From assembly GCA_041660005.1 (NCBI GenBank), contig JBAZXG010000004.1, forward strand, positions 69,720 to 133,719: a stretch of DNA of 64,000 nucleotides, in the 5' to 3' direction. The notes beneath the pieces were generated by a model. It did no database searches, had not been told where the DNA came from, and saw only the letters and a list, made by a program, of their open reading frames with translations. The stretch comes from Patescibacteria group bacterium. Lineage in GTDB: Bacteria; Patescibacteriota; Patescibacteriia; GWA2-46-9. Positions within the stretch are counted from its first letter, which is position 1. Every line of letters starts with the position of its first letter. The translations under genes and the position numbers were made by a program. This document shows positions 27,101-35,543 of this stretch, in pieces.

Positions 27101-29903
27101 CAGCAGAACTGACTTCATTAACGGTTAAATTTGTAGCGGTAATGGTTGACTGACTCATGGTTTTTGTAAACGCCACCATGATCTTGAAGTTCGTGTCCCC
27201 TCCTGGCATGTTCGTCATACCATCCATTGGACCAGTAAATTTAACTCGCGGATTCGTGGTGTCCCCACCAAAGCCACCGCCACCACCTTGCATCAACGAA
27301 AAACTATACGCAGGAGTAGAATCAGCCGTAGGAATGGCAAAAACTCCTTGCAATCTTCTCTCTGCATACCCTTCCTTAAGAGCGACGAGATCATATGATC
27401 CTGGTGGAATACTTCCCAGTGAATATGTACCGCCAGCGCAAGTAGTTGCGCTCGCCAGATTGTTAAATGCAGTACCATCAGCAAACACGTAGGCATCGGC
27501 CAAACAAGCGCTCGCTTGATCAGTAATGACGCCAACTAATTTATGCGTTGTAGCAAGCGCAGCGATACCAATAGTGAACGGCGTCGTGTTATCTGGCTGC
27601 TTAAAATTATAAGTATTCGTACCGTCCGTTGCACTAATGAAATAACGGATACCATTAGACGCAGAATTAGCGTGATCTACAACCGCTTGCGGAAGCGTAT
27701 ACTTCCAATAGCCAGCTGCAACATATACGCCATCTACACTTGAACCAACCGCTGGGTCGCACGAGGTACTGCTATTACAATATTTCAAGCTGGTCGTTAA
27801 AGCAGGGGTACTTGTCGGAGTGGCCATGTTGTCATTGACACGCGCCATCAGAATGCGATCAGCTCCGGTTTTTAACTGCATGACCGGCCTGTGCATGACC
27901 ATAGGTGGAGTTACGTCAGAAATCGAAGATACAGTTGTAAATCCTCTTACTGGTGTCTGTTCTAATGCCGTAGCCAAATCCGAGACATTAGCCACCGTTT
28001 CTGCATAGGTTTTTATTTGCCAATAATAAGTTGTGTTAGGTGATAGTGGAGTTGGTTGAGAAATAATCCGAAAAGTCCCTTGTCCATACATTAAGTTGCA
28101 GCTGGTAGCAGTACAATGCGAGCCATTTGAATTCTGACCGTCAGATGGTTTAGGGAAAGTATAATCCCATAAAGCCGAACCAGAAAAAGCCATGTTAGAT
28201 TTAACAATCACTCGATAACTATTTACACTAGCGTTCACTGAAGGGCTGAAACTGTAACCAGGTGGCAACTGTACGTTTGTTGCGTTTTCGCTTGGCATTA
28301 ATAAATTCAGACCGCTGCCGCCTGTGGCAAACACGCTAAAGCCATTCGGCATGGTGACAATTTGTGAACCAGTTGTAACTTTGACATCTCGGTTACCAAC
28401 TGTCGCTCCGCCGGCAATCGATAAATTAAAACTTAAGCTGGTTGTGCTACCAGCGGTCAGACTGGACACGGTAAGATTTGTGTCGTTCGTTCCACTGGAT
28501 AAAAACTGCACGGTGCTTGAGCCGCTAAACAAAGTGTTACTTCCTGTGATTGTTACTGCCATGTTTGACGCCCCCTGCGGACCTCCAGCCGGACTAACAT
28601 TAGTTATACCAGGCACGCCGCCACCAGACGAAGCAATGTTCAACGTAAATTGTTTGGTCGCGAGCACTGCCATAGCATCTCCTACCCGAATAGTCAGCGG
28701 ATAGCTTCCCGGAATATTGGCAACCGTGCCAGTAAGCTTATAGGTACCGCCATCATTAACAATCGCCAAACCAGCGTTCGTAAGTGTTGTGGTGTCACCG
28801 AGTGTTGGGGCGTCAAATTGTAAAGCGCCTGTACCGCCCTGTCCCGCAAAGCTTACGAGTGGCGCGGCGTTGTTGTACACAGTGCCAACTGTTGCTGTTG
28901 GAATAGTTGGAGTAATAATAGTCAGTGGTGTTGTGGCATTAACGGCATTTGTTCCAACGGCGCTACCACCAAAGTCAGCAATTTTATTGTTACCGGCAGC
29001 CAGCGTTGAGGGTGTGTTAACAAAATCATCGCCGTCAAGAGTGTCAGACAACGTTACGGTAGCAAAGTTCTGCCCCTCAGTGTGCATTACACCCGTAATG
29101 GTCGTACCACCCGTTGTTCCATTATCAACAAAGGTGAAGGGTGAATCAGCAAAAGCAATGTTTCCGCCACCCACTTTTCTGACTGGTTTATTAAAACGAA
29201 CGGTCAGTGTATTTGTTCCAGAAAATCCCTCAACGGCGGCAATGGCTGGCGCGGCGGTATCCGCACGTAAAAAATTCATTTCAAAATTCACGGCTGGTCC
29301 ATTACCGCCAGAGGTTACAACGCCACTTGCCGGAACAGTAGCTCTGATCTCATCATTATTCTCAACTGTGCCTGAAGTTTTTATCACCACGTAAAAAACA
29401 GTGGCGCTACCATTGGCAAGCGCTACCGGCGTCGCCGGCGTTAACGTTATGTTGGTAGTGCTCGGCGTCCAATCTGGTGAAGCCGCCAATGTAACAACTG
29501 CGTCAGTACCGTCAAATGAGTTGGCCGTTCCACCCGCATCATTATAGAGAGCAACTCCTGACGTCGCACCGGTGGCGATGGCAGCGAGGTCCCCCGCCAC
29601 AAACCCTGTTCCGCTAAAATTAACCGTCACCGATGTTAGGGTCTGGTCTACTGCATCAGCCGTGACTGAAATTTTCATAATGGCAATTGCCGGTGAAGTG
29701 GCTGGCACGAACGTCCCCTGGAAACTGCCATTGATTGTGCCATTCGTTACTGCGACTGCTGTTGCTGCACGCACAGCAAGTGGACTCAGTAATGTAATAC
29801 CCGGAAAAGAAAAAATGACAGCGGTGGCTGTCATGTACACAAAAAACTGCCGCACCGCACGACGGATGAACGCAAAAAAATGGCTACGCCTCCTCGTATT
29901 CAT
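21174..29903 (-). CDS. giant cell-surface protein (2909 aa) with signal peptide, tandem Ig-like/carboxypeptidase-regulatory-like beta-sandwich domains, an FN3 domain and a conserved C-terminal module
   Basis: uninterrupted 8.7 kb ORF; N-terminal signal peptide; Thr/Ser/Gly/Asn-rich beta-strand repeats; FN3-like segment (...TTYYYKITALNASGESAASS...); AT-rich promoter region upstream at 29904-29995. Confidence 0.85.
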   Translation of the reverse strand: MNTRRRSHFFAFIRRAVRQFFVYMTATAVIFSFPGITLLSPLAVRAATAVAVTNGTINGSFQGTFVPATSPAIAIMKISVTADAVDQTLTSVTVNFSGTGFVAGDLAAIATGATSGVALYNDAGGTANSFDGTDAVVTLAASPDWTPSTTNITLTPATPVALANGSATVFYVVIKTSGTVENNDEIRATVPASGVVTSGGNGPAVNFEMNFLRADTAAPAIAAVEGFSGTNTLTVRFNKPVRKVGGGNIAFADSPFTFVDNGTTGGTTITGVMHTEGQNFATVTLSDTLDGDDFVNTPSTLAAGNNKIADFGGSAVGTNAVNATTPLTIITPTIPTATVGTVYNNAAPLVSFAGQGGTGALQFDAPTLGDTTTLTNAGLAIVNDGGTYKLTGTVANIPGSYPLTIRVGDAMAVLATKQFTLNIASSGGGVPGITNVSPAGGPQGASNMAVTITGSNTLFSGSSTVQFLSSGTNDTNLTVSSLTAGSTTSLSFNLSIAGGATVGNRDVKVTTGSQIVTMPNGFSVFATGGSGLNLLMPSENATNVQLPPGYSFSPSVNASVNSYRVIVKSNMAFSGSALWDYTFPKPSDGQNSNGSHCTATSCNLMYGQGTFRIISQPTPLSPNTTYYWQIKTYAETVANVSDLATALEQTPVRGFTTVSSISDVTPPMVMHRPVMQLKTGADRILMARVNDNMATPTSTPALTTSLKYCNSSTSCDPAVGSSVDGVYVAAGYWKYTLPQAVVDHANSASNGIRYFISATDGTNTYNFKQPDNTTPFTIGIAALATTHKLVGVITDQASACLADAYVFADGTAFNNLASATTCAGGTYSLGSIPPGSYDLVALKEGYAERRLQGVFAIPTADSTPAYSFSLMQGGGGGFGGDTTNPRVKFTGPMDGMTNMPGGDTNFKIMVAFTKTMSQSTITATNLTVNEVSSAGTLTDITSTKGTWTYYSTAPNIPMLPPEANMAVWSFSASNTFGDNKNIAVKISSNVTDTSGNAIQGNQSDGSYVFTFTTGSSANFSGFNNETGTFSGGGTFGSGQFVPPHVMGTTPPPGSAGVPTNTKVVVNFSEAMADDGGSYLLKDYVKLFTVSGTSETDVSTSAISSVALDTTKRNATVTLSGSYNSGAFAASTNYRIKILGGAKSGTGITLSPPNMVANSMFQADFKTGTGADSNPPTVVGSYPDNAATNVPVNVGAISVGFNKDISASTITTTTFYLSVGSTSVNGTVQYDAVGRQAMFMPQSALSPSTTYTLNLTTGIQGINGVAIAATTKSFTTGSADTVAPSVSFINADDYNLAITFSEPMNAAKATDTANFAASVIKPANYTIKYATPPADSSSGTVITLPATANFAYDASTNTVSISGYHDSGVTGLTGKEIYVSLANVKDLSGNVISGATTGKAPIANSATTKGALGPGAFSGDAFSQQGGFVPMNFSSSTFGFAPSVEVRPFNAMVGQTTIYGVRLPVSSQIPASGTVVLTFPTGFDVSGAKQDVNSPMRTDLNGSGAGTVTFKCATAGAPTGAACAGTANADDTGAAQGGLAGDGVVVNTSSRTVTIYLSAATRSESGDTHDFLTIDIAGIKNSTVPKDFNTTGYSVDVKTKNGSTVLESATSMPFFIQGVSGESYTLTGTITAAAANSGTVNVYLMSPMTGPMDATSSTFAGGSATYTFANLPAGEYMLFTDPSVTLGATEYAGKPNPERVVVNETADTANAGANDNSIPYNFTIANASASGTAVTVRIDGPSNELLDIFASSANGFKSKQVTLDASAGAENFTIYLTDGDWSLGVGPQMPKGFTGGPPSTPSYMPPKPENVRVEGATITETSGTANDGIIAVTLTSTSKTIRGVVKDGSNKVMANAEVYAYSPQGGFGTHVQSDSTGSFSLGVADGTYIVGSFVPGMPSSREVPVAITSDATTYLLIDGATTAITPAAAATTFVIKVAKPDYTISGKVTDGTSVVQGASVYAYRTDGPGHAESNTDSSGNYTLYVSNGTWNVGAFLPQYGQLTEVAVTVNGDSVANQNFAPSGTGTFYSVSGTVTSGGSNVQGAFVRLTGNGKFNEAITGADGTYSFNVPEGNNYVLKAFLPGIGEALPLDAFNVSGANVTGKNFVIAAPRTITITVSTAVTEAYIDLFGTTGVSNHVQINNGTSATLQLPNGSYKVDVHIPGVIIGPTDIAGTDVNTVYSNTTGIVVVNGAEGLTVTVPTLRTISGTVKDSNNTVIADAWVEIGNAATGVHFGTKSATDGTFSLKVANATTDYFINAMKPGYFREPSTIAVTAAVANNALTGLTLTLATASTTISGQVLIGAVGASNAFVRAERQGGGSSGTQADTNGNYTLPVNGGVWKVFAVAEGYAEVGYTNNPIDVTGGSVSGKNITLSTTVSLRAPKSKPITPASGGTLEDTTAGVKLTIPANALGSSTSAGNIQVKETNNVRATSSALPVGNKAKEIKATNSSGNPINTLNDSVNVEMNYTVAELEATRSASDASINTKEEADQLKMAYWDETTANWVPQASTITYKDSSGSAIADLTTIDTVSEFDANVASVTIAAATDHFSLYAPVVSTDPAAPSAPTGLAKTSATTTTIIMGWTAVGGSTSYDIYRSATSGGTFSRLGSEPTVSSGSTVTYTDSALSAGTTYYYKITALNASGESAASSEVSIATAAAAVSSPAGGSGGGYGYISNSSNTPQTNTPTPATETQPTSEITTNSESNVSSDVDTARQGQMQSIITEASSINTVDTEGVASAVGKVRDTGLETRYDASIVAKIIVTETSAVTRAKVLSFVTYGTATTLKLGAGERGGVVNSYREAFGKVPESATEWEDVLKIANGRWPSKTSTVREQTVAKTFKKVYLREANRTNAHDDAAITVMAYGLRSVTRNVQAEQSAIKTFKAIYKRLPSSATHWDTVRAIAYSGATR

Positions 29904-29995
29904 ATATTGTGTTTTAATTTTTTGTTAGGTTTTAACACCTAAATTATATTTATTTTCTACAGTTTAGCACATTTTTTAACATTTTGCAAGTGTTT

Positions 29996-30964
29996 TCATC
30001 GAATTTTGGACAGAAAGTCCTCTACGCTTTGCTTTACCTCTTGAGTATTATTACATTCCATCAGCTCCAAGCGTAGGTCTCGCGCACCGGGAAATGAACC
30101 GAGATATGACTTAAAATGTTTCTTCATCATGGGAAACGGCTTAACGTCGCCGAGCATTTCTTCAAACGCTGCAGTGTGCTCAAGCATGACACGCAGACGA
30201 ACCTCGAGCGACGGCCTTTCAATTTCATTAAAAAACCATGGATTACCAAATATTGCCCTGCCAAACATAATGCCGTCACATCCCGTTGCCGCTACTTTTG
30301 CTCTGGCGTCCGCAATATCAGTAACGTCCCCATTACCTATAATGAACGTGCCACTGCCTCTTGCTAAGGTAACCGCTTCCGTAATAGTTTCCCAGTGCGC
30401 CGGCACCTTCGACATTTCTTGACGTGTGCGTGCATGAATGATGATGGCGGCCGGTTTTGTTTCAAGAAGTGCCGGAAGCCACAGAGCAAGATCGTTCGCG
30501 CGATAACCAATTCTTGTTTTTATGGAGATAGGCAAACCCGGCGCACCAACCCGCACCGCATAAATAAGTTCCTTTGCTAAATTGGGATTCTTTATTAAAG
30601 CAGCTCCTGCACCCTGCTTTTCAACGTTTCTGTCTGGGCATCCCATATTGATATCGATGCCATCAAAACCAAGTTCACTCACAAGACGCGCTGCCTCACG
30701 CATTTTTTCTGGCCGCGCACCAAAAAGCTGCGCCACAATCGGGTGTTCCCCCTCTCCATAGGATAAATCTCGCAACAACACACGCCGACCCGGAGAACAA
30801 AGCCCATCAGCGGAAACAAACTGCGTATACATCACATCCGGTTTTCCGTACTTGGCAATGATTCTGCGAAACGGTGGATCAGTGACATCAGCCATCGGCG
30901 CCAGCACAAAAAAGGGGCGGCTAAGTCCTCCCCAAAAACCGAGTTGATCTTTTTTTGTCTTCAC
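29996..30964 (-). CDS. dus: tRNA-dihydrouridine synthase
   Basis: 322 aa; TIM-barrel Dus family, N-terminal VLAPMADVTD and catalytic Cys region. Confidence 0.85.
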   Translation of the reverse strand: MKTKKDQLGFWGGLSRPFFVLAPMADVTDPPFRRIIAKYGKPDVMYTQFVSADGLCSPGRRVLLRDLSYGEGEHPIVAQLFGARPEKMREAARLVSELGFDGIDINMGCPDRNVEKQGAGAALIKNPNLAKELIYAVRVGAPGLPISIKTRIGYRANDLALWLPALLETKPAAIIIHARTRQEMSKVPAHWETITEAVTLARGSGTFIIGNGDVTDIADARAKVAATGCDGIMFGRAIFGNPWFFNEIERPSLEVRLRVMLEHTAAFEEMLGDVKPFPMMKKHFKSYLGSFPGARDLRLELMECNNTQEVKQSVEDFLSKIR

Positions 30965-31026
30965 CTTGAAAATATTTTGGCAGCGGCTGGTATGCTACGC
31001 GAAAACCACGCAACGGTCAACCGATA

Positions 31027-31767
31027 CTATGCAAGCCCCTTTAAATAGGAACGACGTTTTACTTCAGAAAACCGTTCAATTGCATACCGTAGCATGGTGC
31101 GCGGCATACGTTGATAGTAGCGCCGCAAAAAATCTTCCTCAGCACTGATGGAGCGTTTCCCCACTTCGCGGAGCATCCAACCAACTGCTTTATGAATTAA
31201 ATCGTGTTCTGAAGTTAAAAGTATTCTCGCAATTTTAAACGTATCCCTGAATTGATTGTTTTTTATAAATTGAAGGGTAGCAATAATTGCGATGCGTCTT
31301 TGCCAAACGTTTTTAGACCTGGCTAATGCATAGAGGGGCGCTTTCGTTCTTGCTGACAGGTAAGCCCCAACAATTTTACTAGCACTCATATCAACCAAAT
31401 CCCAATTGTTTATATAGGCAGTATTTTTTAGATAAAAAGTATAGATACGTTTTTGCTCAACGCCACTTCCCCTCTCGAATTTAGCTACCAACATAAACAA
31501 TGCTACTTGTCTCTCCTCGTGCATGGGTGAATGTAATAACAAAAGAATTTCAGACAACGTTGCGTCTTTATAAAACTTCTTTGCAATAACGCGCATGACC
31601 TTAACGGTGACCCCCATAAAAACATCACCCTCGCCATAGTCGCCCGGGCCAGTTTTAAAATAATGTTGCGAATGTCTCGCACGCGTAGCGCTCGCGTAGC
31701 TTCGGAGTAACTGGCGAATGCTTGAGAGACGATTCGCTCCAGCCGTTCGCATCATCCGTTTTGTCAT
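31027..31767 (-). CDS. DNA alkylation repair protein (AlkD-like HEAT-repeat DNA glycosylase family)
   Basis: 246 aa all-helical; pattern matches the DNA_alkylation family (…WDLVDMSA…, …HDLIHKAVGWMLREVGK…). Confidence 0.65.
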   Translation of the reverse strand: MTKRMMRTAGANRLSSIRQLLRSYASATRARHSQHYFKTGPGDYGEGDVFMGVTVKVMRVIAKKFYKDATLSEILLLLHSPMHEERQVALFMLVAKFERGSGVEQKRIYTFYLKNTAYINNWDLVDMSASKIVGAYLSARTKAPLYALARSKNVWQRRIAIIATLQFIKNNQFRDTFKIARILLTSEHDLIHKAVGWMLREVGKRSISAEEDFLRRYYQRMPRTMLRYAIERFSEVKRRSYLKGLA

Positions 31768-32381
31768 GCAATGATTCGCGGAACTTTTAAATAATGCTCG
31801 CGCGTCTCTTCGTCGCTTTGTTTAGCACTCTCTTCTCCGCTAACCGCTGACATTTGTTTTTCGTGATACGCGCGAATGGCGCGTTCGCACTGCTTTGGGT
31901 GAAGAATCCAAAGAAGCTCCAGATAGTCATGCTTGTCGACTTCTGGCCCAATTTTTAAAAATAGCGTTCCATAATTAAACGAGCGACCGAGCCATCCTTG
32001 ACGCAGTGTCATAGTTCGAATATGCCGTAAATCGCAGACAATTTCTCTGGCAACAATGATTCCACGAAATTCAACAATTTTGTCTGGCATCAAGTAGTAG
32101 TCAGTTTTTGCCCAATCGACAACCAAAAATACAACGAGGACCGACTGCAGTAAAAAAATTGCGACTGCAATGACCAGGAAGAGCAAAAGAATGATTGGAC
32201 GAATTTCAAAACCGCTTACAAAAAAGAAAGCAAGAAAGCCAAGATAGGCCGCATTTGCTAGAAATACCGTGGCTGAGACGCGACCTACTAACGGCACAAC
32301 ACTCTTCTTAATATGGTGTGCGGACGTGGGTAATCCTTGATCCATGACTATTACGATAGCACTGGCGACTCCAGCAAACAA
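31764..32381 (-). CDS. membrane protein with bacterial PH (YdbS/YdbT-like) domain
   Basis: 205 aa; three N-terminal TM helices followed by a bPH_2-like segment. Confidence 0.5.
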   Translation of the reverse strand: MFAGVASAIVIVMDQGLPTSAHHIKKSVVPLVGRVSATVFLANAAYLGFLAFFFVSGFEIRPIILLLFLVIAVAIFLLQSVLVVFLVVDWAKTDYYLMPDKIVEFRGIIVAREIVCDLRHIRTMTLRQGWLGRSFNYGTLFLKIGPEVDKHDYLELLWILHPKQCERAIRAYHEKQMSAVSGEESAKQSDEETREHYLKVPRIIA

Positions 32382-32391
32382 CGGGTAGATC

Positions 32392-33387
32392 TCATTGAAA
32401 GTTAACGCCAGCTTGGTGAAGTTTCGCTATGCAATCTTTAGCGTTAATAAAAACAATACCACTCTGTATGCCGGCAGCAAGTGCGCCCTCTACGTTTCTT
32501 TCTTTATCATCGATATAAATTGTTGCTTCTGGTAAAACACCGAGAGATTTTAAAGCAGCAATAAAAATTTTTCTATCAGGCTTCAGAGAGTGCAGCTCTG
32601 ACGACACAGTAACACTGTCAAACGCCGTTTGAAGTGCAAAGCGAGCAAGAAGGCGACCAACAAACATTTTGGAAGAATTTGATAGGAGACCAACACGATA
32701 GCGCGGGCGCAACAAGTTGAGTACCTTAAGCATGTCTCCGTTGACGCGAGCGCTTTTCAAAACTCCGTTCTCAAATTCCTTCGCGTCAACATAAAAAGTG
32801 CTGGCAACTCGTGCCACAAACTCTCCATAGGGAATATCCCCTCGATCACTTTTTTCCGCAATTGCTAAAAACTCCTCTCGGCGCCCTGCAAACTGAGGCA
32901 CCTGTGCTGCCAGCCAATCCTCATGCAGCTGACCGAAGAAAATTCCAAAGCAGTCAAAAAGAACAGCACGAATTTTAGTCGTCGGTTTTGCACTAAGCGC
33001 AGCGTCTATTTCGGCAGCCGCTTTTGACGCCTTCGTTTTTACTAACCGCGCTTGTCGCTTCGCACCCTGCTCGGCTACTGAAGCAGAGCGTTCAATCCAA
33101 AAATGAAGCTCGTCTTTATCTTCGAGCACATCTTCAGGAAGTTCCCAGTACGGCAAGTGAACAACTCTGCCTCCGCTTTTATAACTGAACTGCTCGCAAT
33201 CCTTCTCCGTAAAATAAAAATCGGTAAACGAGTCGGCTTTAAAGTAGACGCGCTCATCGCGAACAATCCCAAAAACGATACCGTCTTTATAAAGCGCCAG
33301 AGCGCCAAAAAGTGGCCGCGCCGTTATGCCCGGCACCGCAGCCATTACGTCATGCAGGAGATAGTCACTAAATGAGCTTGAAACCAT
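32392..33387 (-). CDS. fusion protein: TfoX N-terminal domain + HAD-superfamily hydrolase
   Basis: residues ~10-110 match TfoX_N (…PLFGALALYKDGIVFGIV…RVVHLPYWELPEDVLEDKDEL…); C-terminal half has HAD motif I (LFDCFG), motif II (LLSNSS) and motif IV (YIDDKERN). Confidence 0.6.
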   Translation of the reverse strand: MVSSSFSDYLLHDVMAAVPGITARPLFGALALYKDGIVFGIVRDERVYFKADSFTDFYFTEKDCEQFSYKSGGRVVHLPYWELPEDVLEDKDELHFWIERSASVAEQGAKRQARLVKTKASKAAAEIDAALSAKPTTKIRAVLFDCFGIFFGQLHEDWLAAQVPQFAGRREEFLAIAEKSDRGDIPYGEFVARVASTFYVDAKEFENGVLKSARVNGDMLKVLNLLRPRYRVGLLSNSSKMFVGRLLARFALQTAFDSVTVSSELHSLKPDRKIFIAALKSLGVLPEATIYIDDKERNVEGALAAGIQSGIVFINAKDCIAKLHQAGVNFQ

Positions 33388-33414
33388 TCACCGTCGTCGA
33401 GGACAAACGTTTGC

Positions 33415-33630
33415 CTACTGTTGCACTGGCTTAACTTGCGGGCGCTTGCTGAAACCGAAAATGTAAATAATTTCGAGTATAGCGAGCGTATTAATGATGA
33501 GAAGTGCGATAAACCATTTCAGTTCTCCACGTCGAGCCGCTCGCCACAGCGCTACCCCTTTCCAAGGAATCGGCCATAGTAACAAAAGTACTAAAACAAA
33601 ATACGGATTCCCAAGTGTTGCGTCTAACAT
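33415..33630 (-). CDS. small membrane protein (2 TM)
   Basis: 71 aa, two hydrophobic helices; embedded in a gene string. Confidence 0.4.
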   Translation of the reverse strand: MLDATLGNPYFVLVLLLLWPIPWKGVALWRAARRGELKWFIALLIINTLAILEIIYIFGFSKRPQVKPVQQ

Positions 33631-33648
33631 ATAAAAATGATTAAGAAA

Positions 33649-34521
33649 TTAAGATTTTTTTAAGAGTGGGGTAATGATACCTCGTGGGCCGTCAATGATA
33701 TCCCGTCGATTGTAGTCCTTGTCCCCAATACGAGCAAGTAATGTTTCTACTGTTCTTCGATGCATACTGAGAGACATTTCCCATTCTGCCAAAACTTTAC
33801 GCGCCTCAGGATTGCCCCTGACAATCTCACTAAATTCATCGAGTCTTGTTTTACAGAACTGCAAAAATTTCACTCTTCCTTCGAGCCAACTTTTAACCGA
33901 ATCAGGACGTTCATCTTCTGGAACTTCTGCAAGTACCTGAGCGCATTCAGTAACCCACTCTTCCCAAGGTTTAATAAAACCAGCAACATCAGCAAGTGCA
34001 AAAGCTTTTTCTGCTGGTGTCTCTGGTTTAATGCTTGGATTACCAAAGGTTGATGCAATGACGTCCCCTTGAATCAGTATTCGCTGGTACGTACCAAAGC
34101 CCTTACTAGCAGCGTACTCATCTGCTGCTACTGCAGCAAACTCTTCATTGCTTAGTCCGTCATCGCTCACGCGCAACGTTCTCCCTGAGTGACCATAATC
34201 ATGAAATGGCGGGGTCAAACGATGTGCCGCAACTTGCCAAGAGGGTAAATTAAGAAGAGGTAATAATTGCTCAAACCTTGGTGTCACTTCACGACCATGC
34301 GGCGCGTTATGATAAGTATTCGGACGCACTGCATCAATCCCCTCTTGCATGCGAAAAATTTCTTCCTGCATGGCTACAATTTCCGACTCTGAAAAATCTT
34401 TCCCTTCAGGTCGTATACCCTCGCGCTGAATTGCTTCGGCGAGCACCGGCGAAACGATTTTTTCAGCGTTGGGTGTTATGTCTCTTGGCTGCAATATTTG
34501 TGGCTCTTCCCGCTCTGGCAT
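33649..34521 (-). CDS. hypothetical protein, possible HD-domain metal-dependent phosphohydrolase
   Basis: 290 aa; His...HD arrangement (YHNAPHGRE ... FHDYGH); weak assignment. Confidence 0.4.
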   Translation of the reverse strand: MPEREEPQILQPRDITPNAEKIVSPVLAEAIQREGIRPEGKDFSESEIVAMQEEIFRMQEGIDAVRPNTYHNAPHGREVTPRFEQLLPLLNLPSWQVAAHRLTPPFHDYGHSGRTLRVSDDGLSNEEFAAVAADEYAASKGFGTYQRILIQGDVIASTFGNPSIKPETPAEKAFALADVAGFIKPWEEWVTECAQVLAEVPEDERPDSVKSWLEGRVKFLQFCKTRLDEFSEIVRGNPEARKVLAEWEMSLSMHRRTVETLLARIGDKDYNRRDIIDGPRGIITPLLKKS

Positions 34522-34548
34522 ATATCTTTACACAATAATAACAACAAA

Positions 34549-34830
34549 CTAACGCTCTAGCTTTTCTTTAATGCGCCGTGTTGACCGACCCAGATACATT
34601 GTCACTAAAACGACGACAACAGTGACGAAAATGGCGTAGGCAAACTGCGCCCCAACGCTGTCCTGAGGTTGCGGAAAATAAATGGTAAAAACCAAACGAA
34701 TGGCGTCGTTCCAAGCCAAAGCAGCCACAAGACCGAGCCCGGCGGTAGCGAGCGTGCTTACTTTTTCAAGAATTTCGTTGAGAACGAGTAAGCGCTTCTC
34801 CTCTTTGATTGATACTGTTTCGTTTTCCAT
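34549..34830 (-). CDS. small membrane protein (2 TM)
   Basis: 93 aa; two TM helices; basic C-terminus. Confidence 0.45.
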   Translation of the reverse strand: MENETVSIKEEKRLLVLNEILEKVSTLATAGLGLVAALAWNDAIRLVFTIYFPQPQDSVGAQFAYAIFVTVVVVLVTMYLGRSTRRIKEKLER

Positions 34831-34833
34831 ACG

Positions 34834-35541
34834 TTAAAAATGAAGATAAGTTTGCCAATGTAAGAATAATTGATTGGTCGCAATGAGGTCACCAACATTA
34901 TAACGGGCAATGTCTAAATACCGACCGGCTTTAAAGTACGAGGCAACGTCTTCACCGTGCATTTCTTCTTTTGGGCTCTTGATGCCAAAGGCGCGGGTGG
35001 CAACGTGCAGATTCGGGCGCGGACGAAAGGCGCCGTAGAACGTCAGCTGTTCTAACAAATCGATATGCTGAGCAAAACTCTTTTGACTGCCAAGGTAACG
35101 GTTCGATAGCAAATCTTTTGTTGGTCGAATACCATGCACTGCGGAGCGAATCATCATAAACGGCGCATCGAAACTGCGCCCGTTGAAGCTGATAAACTCA
35201 TTGTACTGTTTAGCGCCTTCCCAAAAACGTTCTAGCATTTCTTTTTCACTCATGGGCTTGAAAGTGAAATCGCCCTCAGTCATATCTTCATGACTAGCTC
35301 CCGGCGCTTGGTAGTAAATAGTGCCTTTCTTTTTGTCGCTATCTAAAACACCGAGCACCACGATTTCTCCGGTAAAAGGCGAGAGCCCCATGCGCTCTTT
35401 CAACTGTGCCGTCAACGTGACACGCTCTTTTTCGTCCTCAGTATAGCGACGTACCCAAGCGGTAATCGCCTCCTGCGTGGCTTCATCGAGTTCCTGAAAA
35501 TCTTCTCCAACCGTTTCAATATCAAAAACGAGACGAGGCAT
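34834..35541 (-). CDS. RNase H-like 3'-5' exonuclease (DEDD; PolB-exonuclease-like/YprB family)
   Basis: Exo I FDIETVG, Exo II FNGRSFDAPF, Exo III YNVGDLIATNQLF. Confidence 0.6.
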   Translation of the reverse strand: MPRLVFDIETVGEDFQELDEATQEAITAWVRRYTEDEKERVTLTAQLKERMGLSPFTGEIVVLGVLDSDKKKGTIYYQAPGASHEDMTEGDFTFKPMSEKEMLERFWEGAKQYNEFISFNGRSFDAPFMMIRSAVHGIRPTKDLLSNRYLGSQKSFAQHIDLLEQLTFYGAFRPRPNLHVATRAFGIKSPKEEMHGEDVASYFKAGRYLDIARYNVGDLIATNQLFLHWQTYLHF

Positions 35542-35543
35542 AA

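Noticed and set aside
21174-29903. Dozens of 60-200 aa track ORFs in both orientations inside the giant protein gene
   Set aside because: Explained by the low-complexity repetitive composition of the giant ORF; none has independent support.
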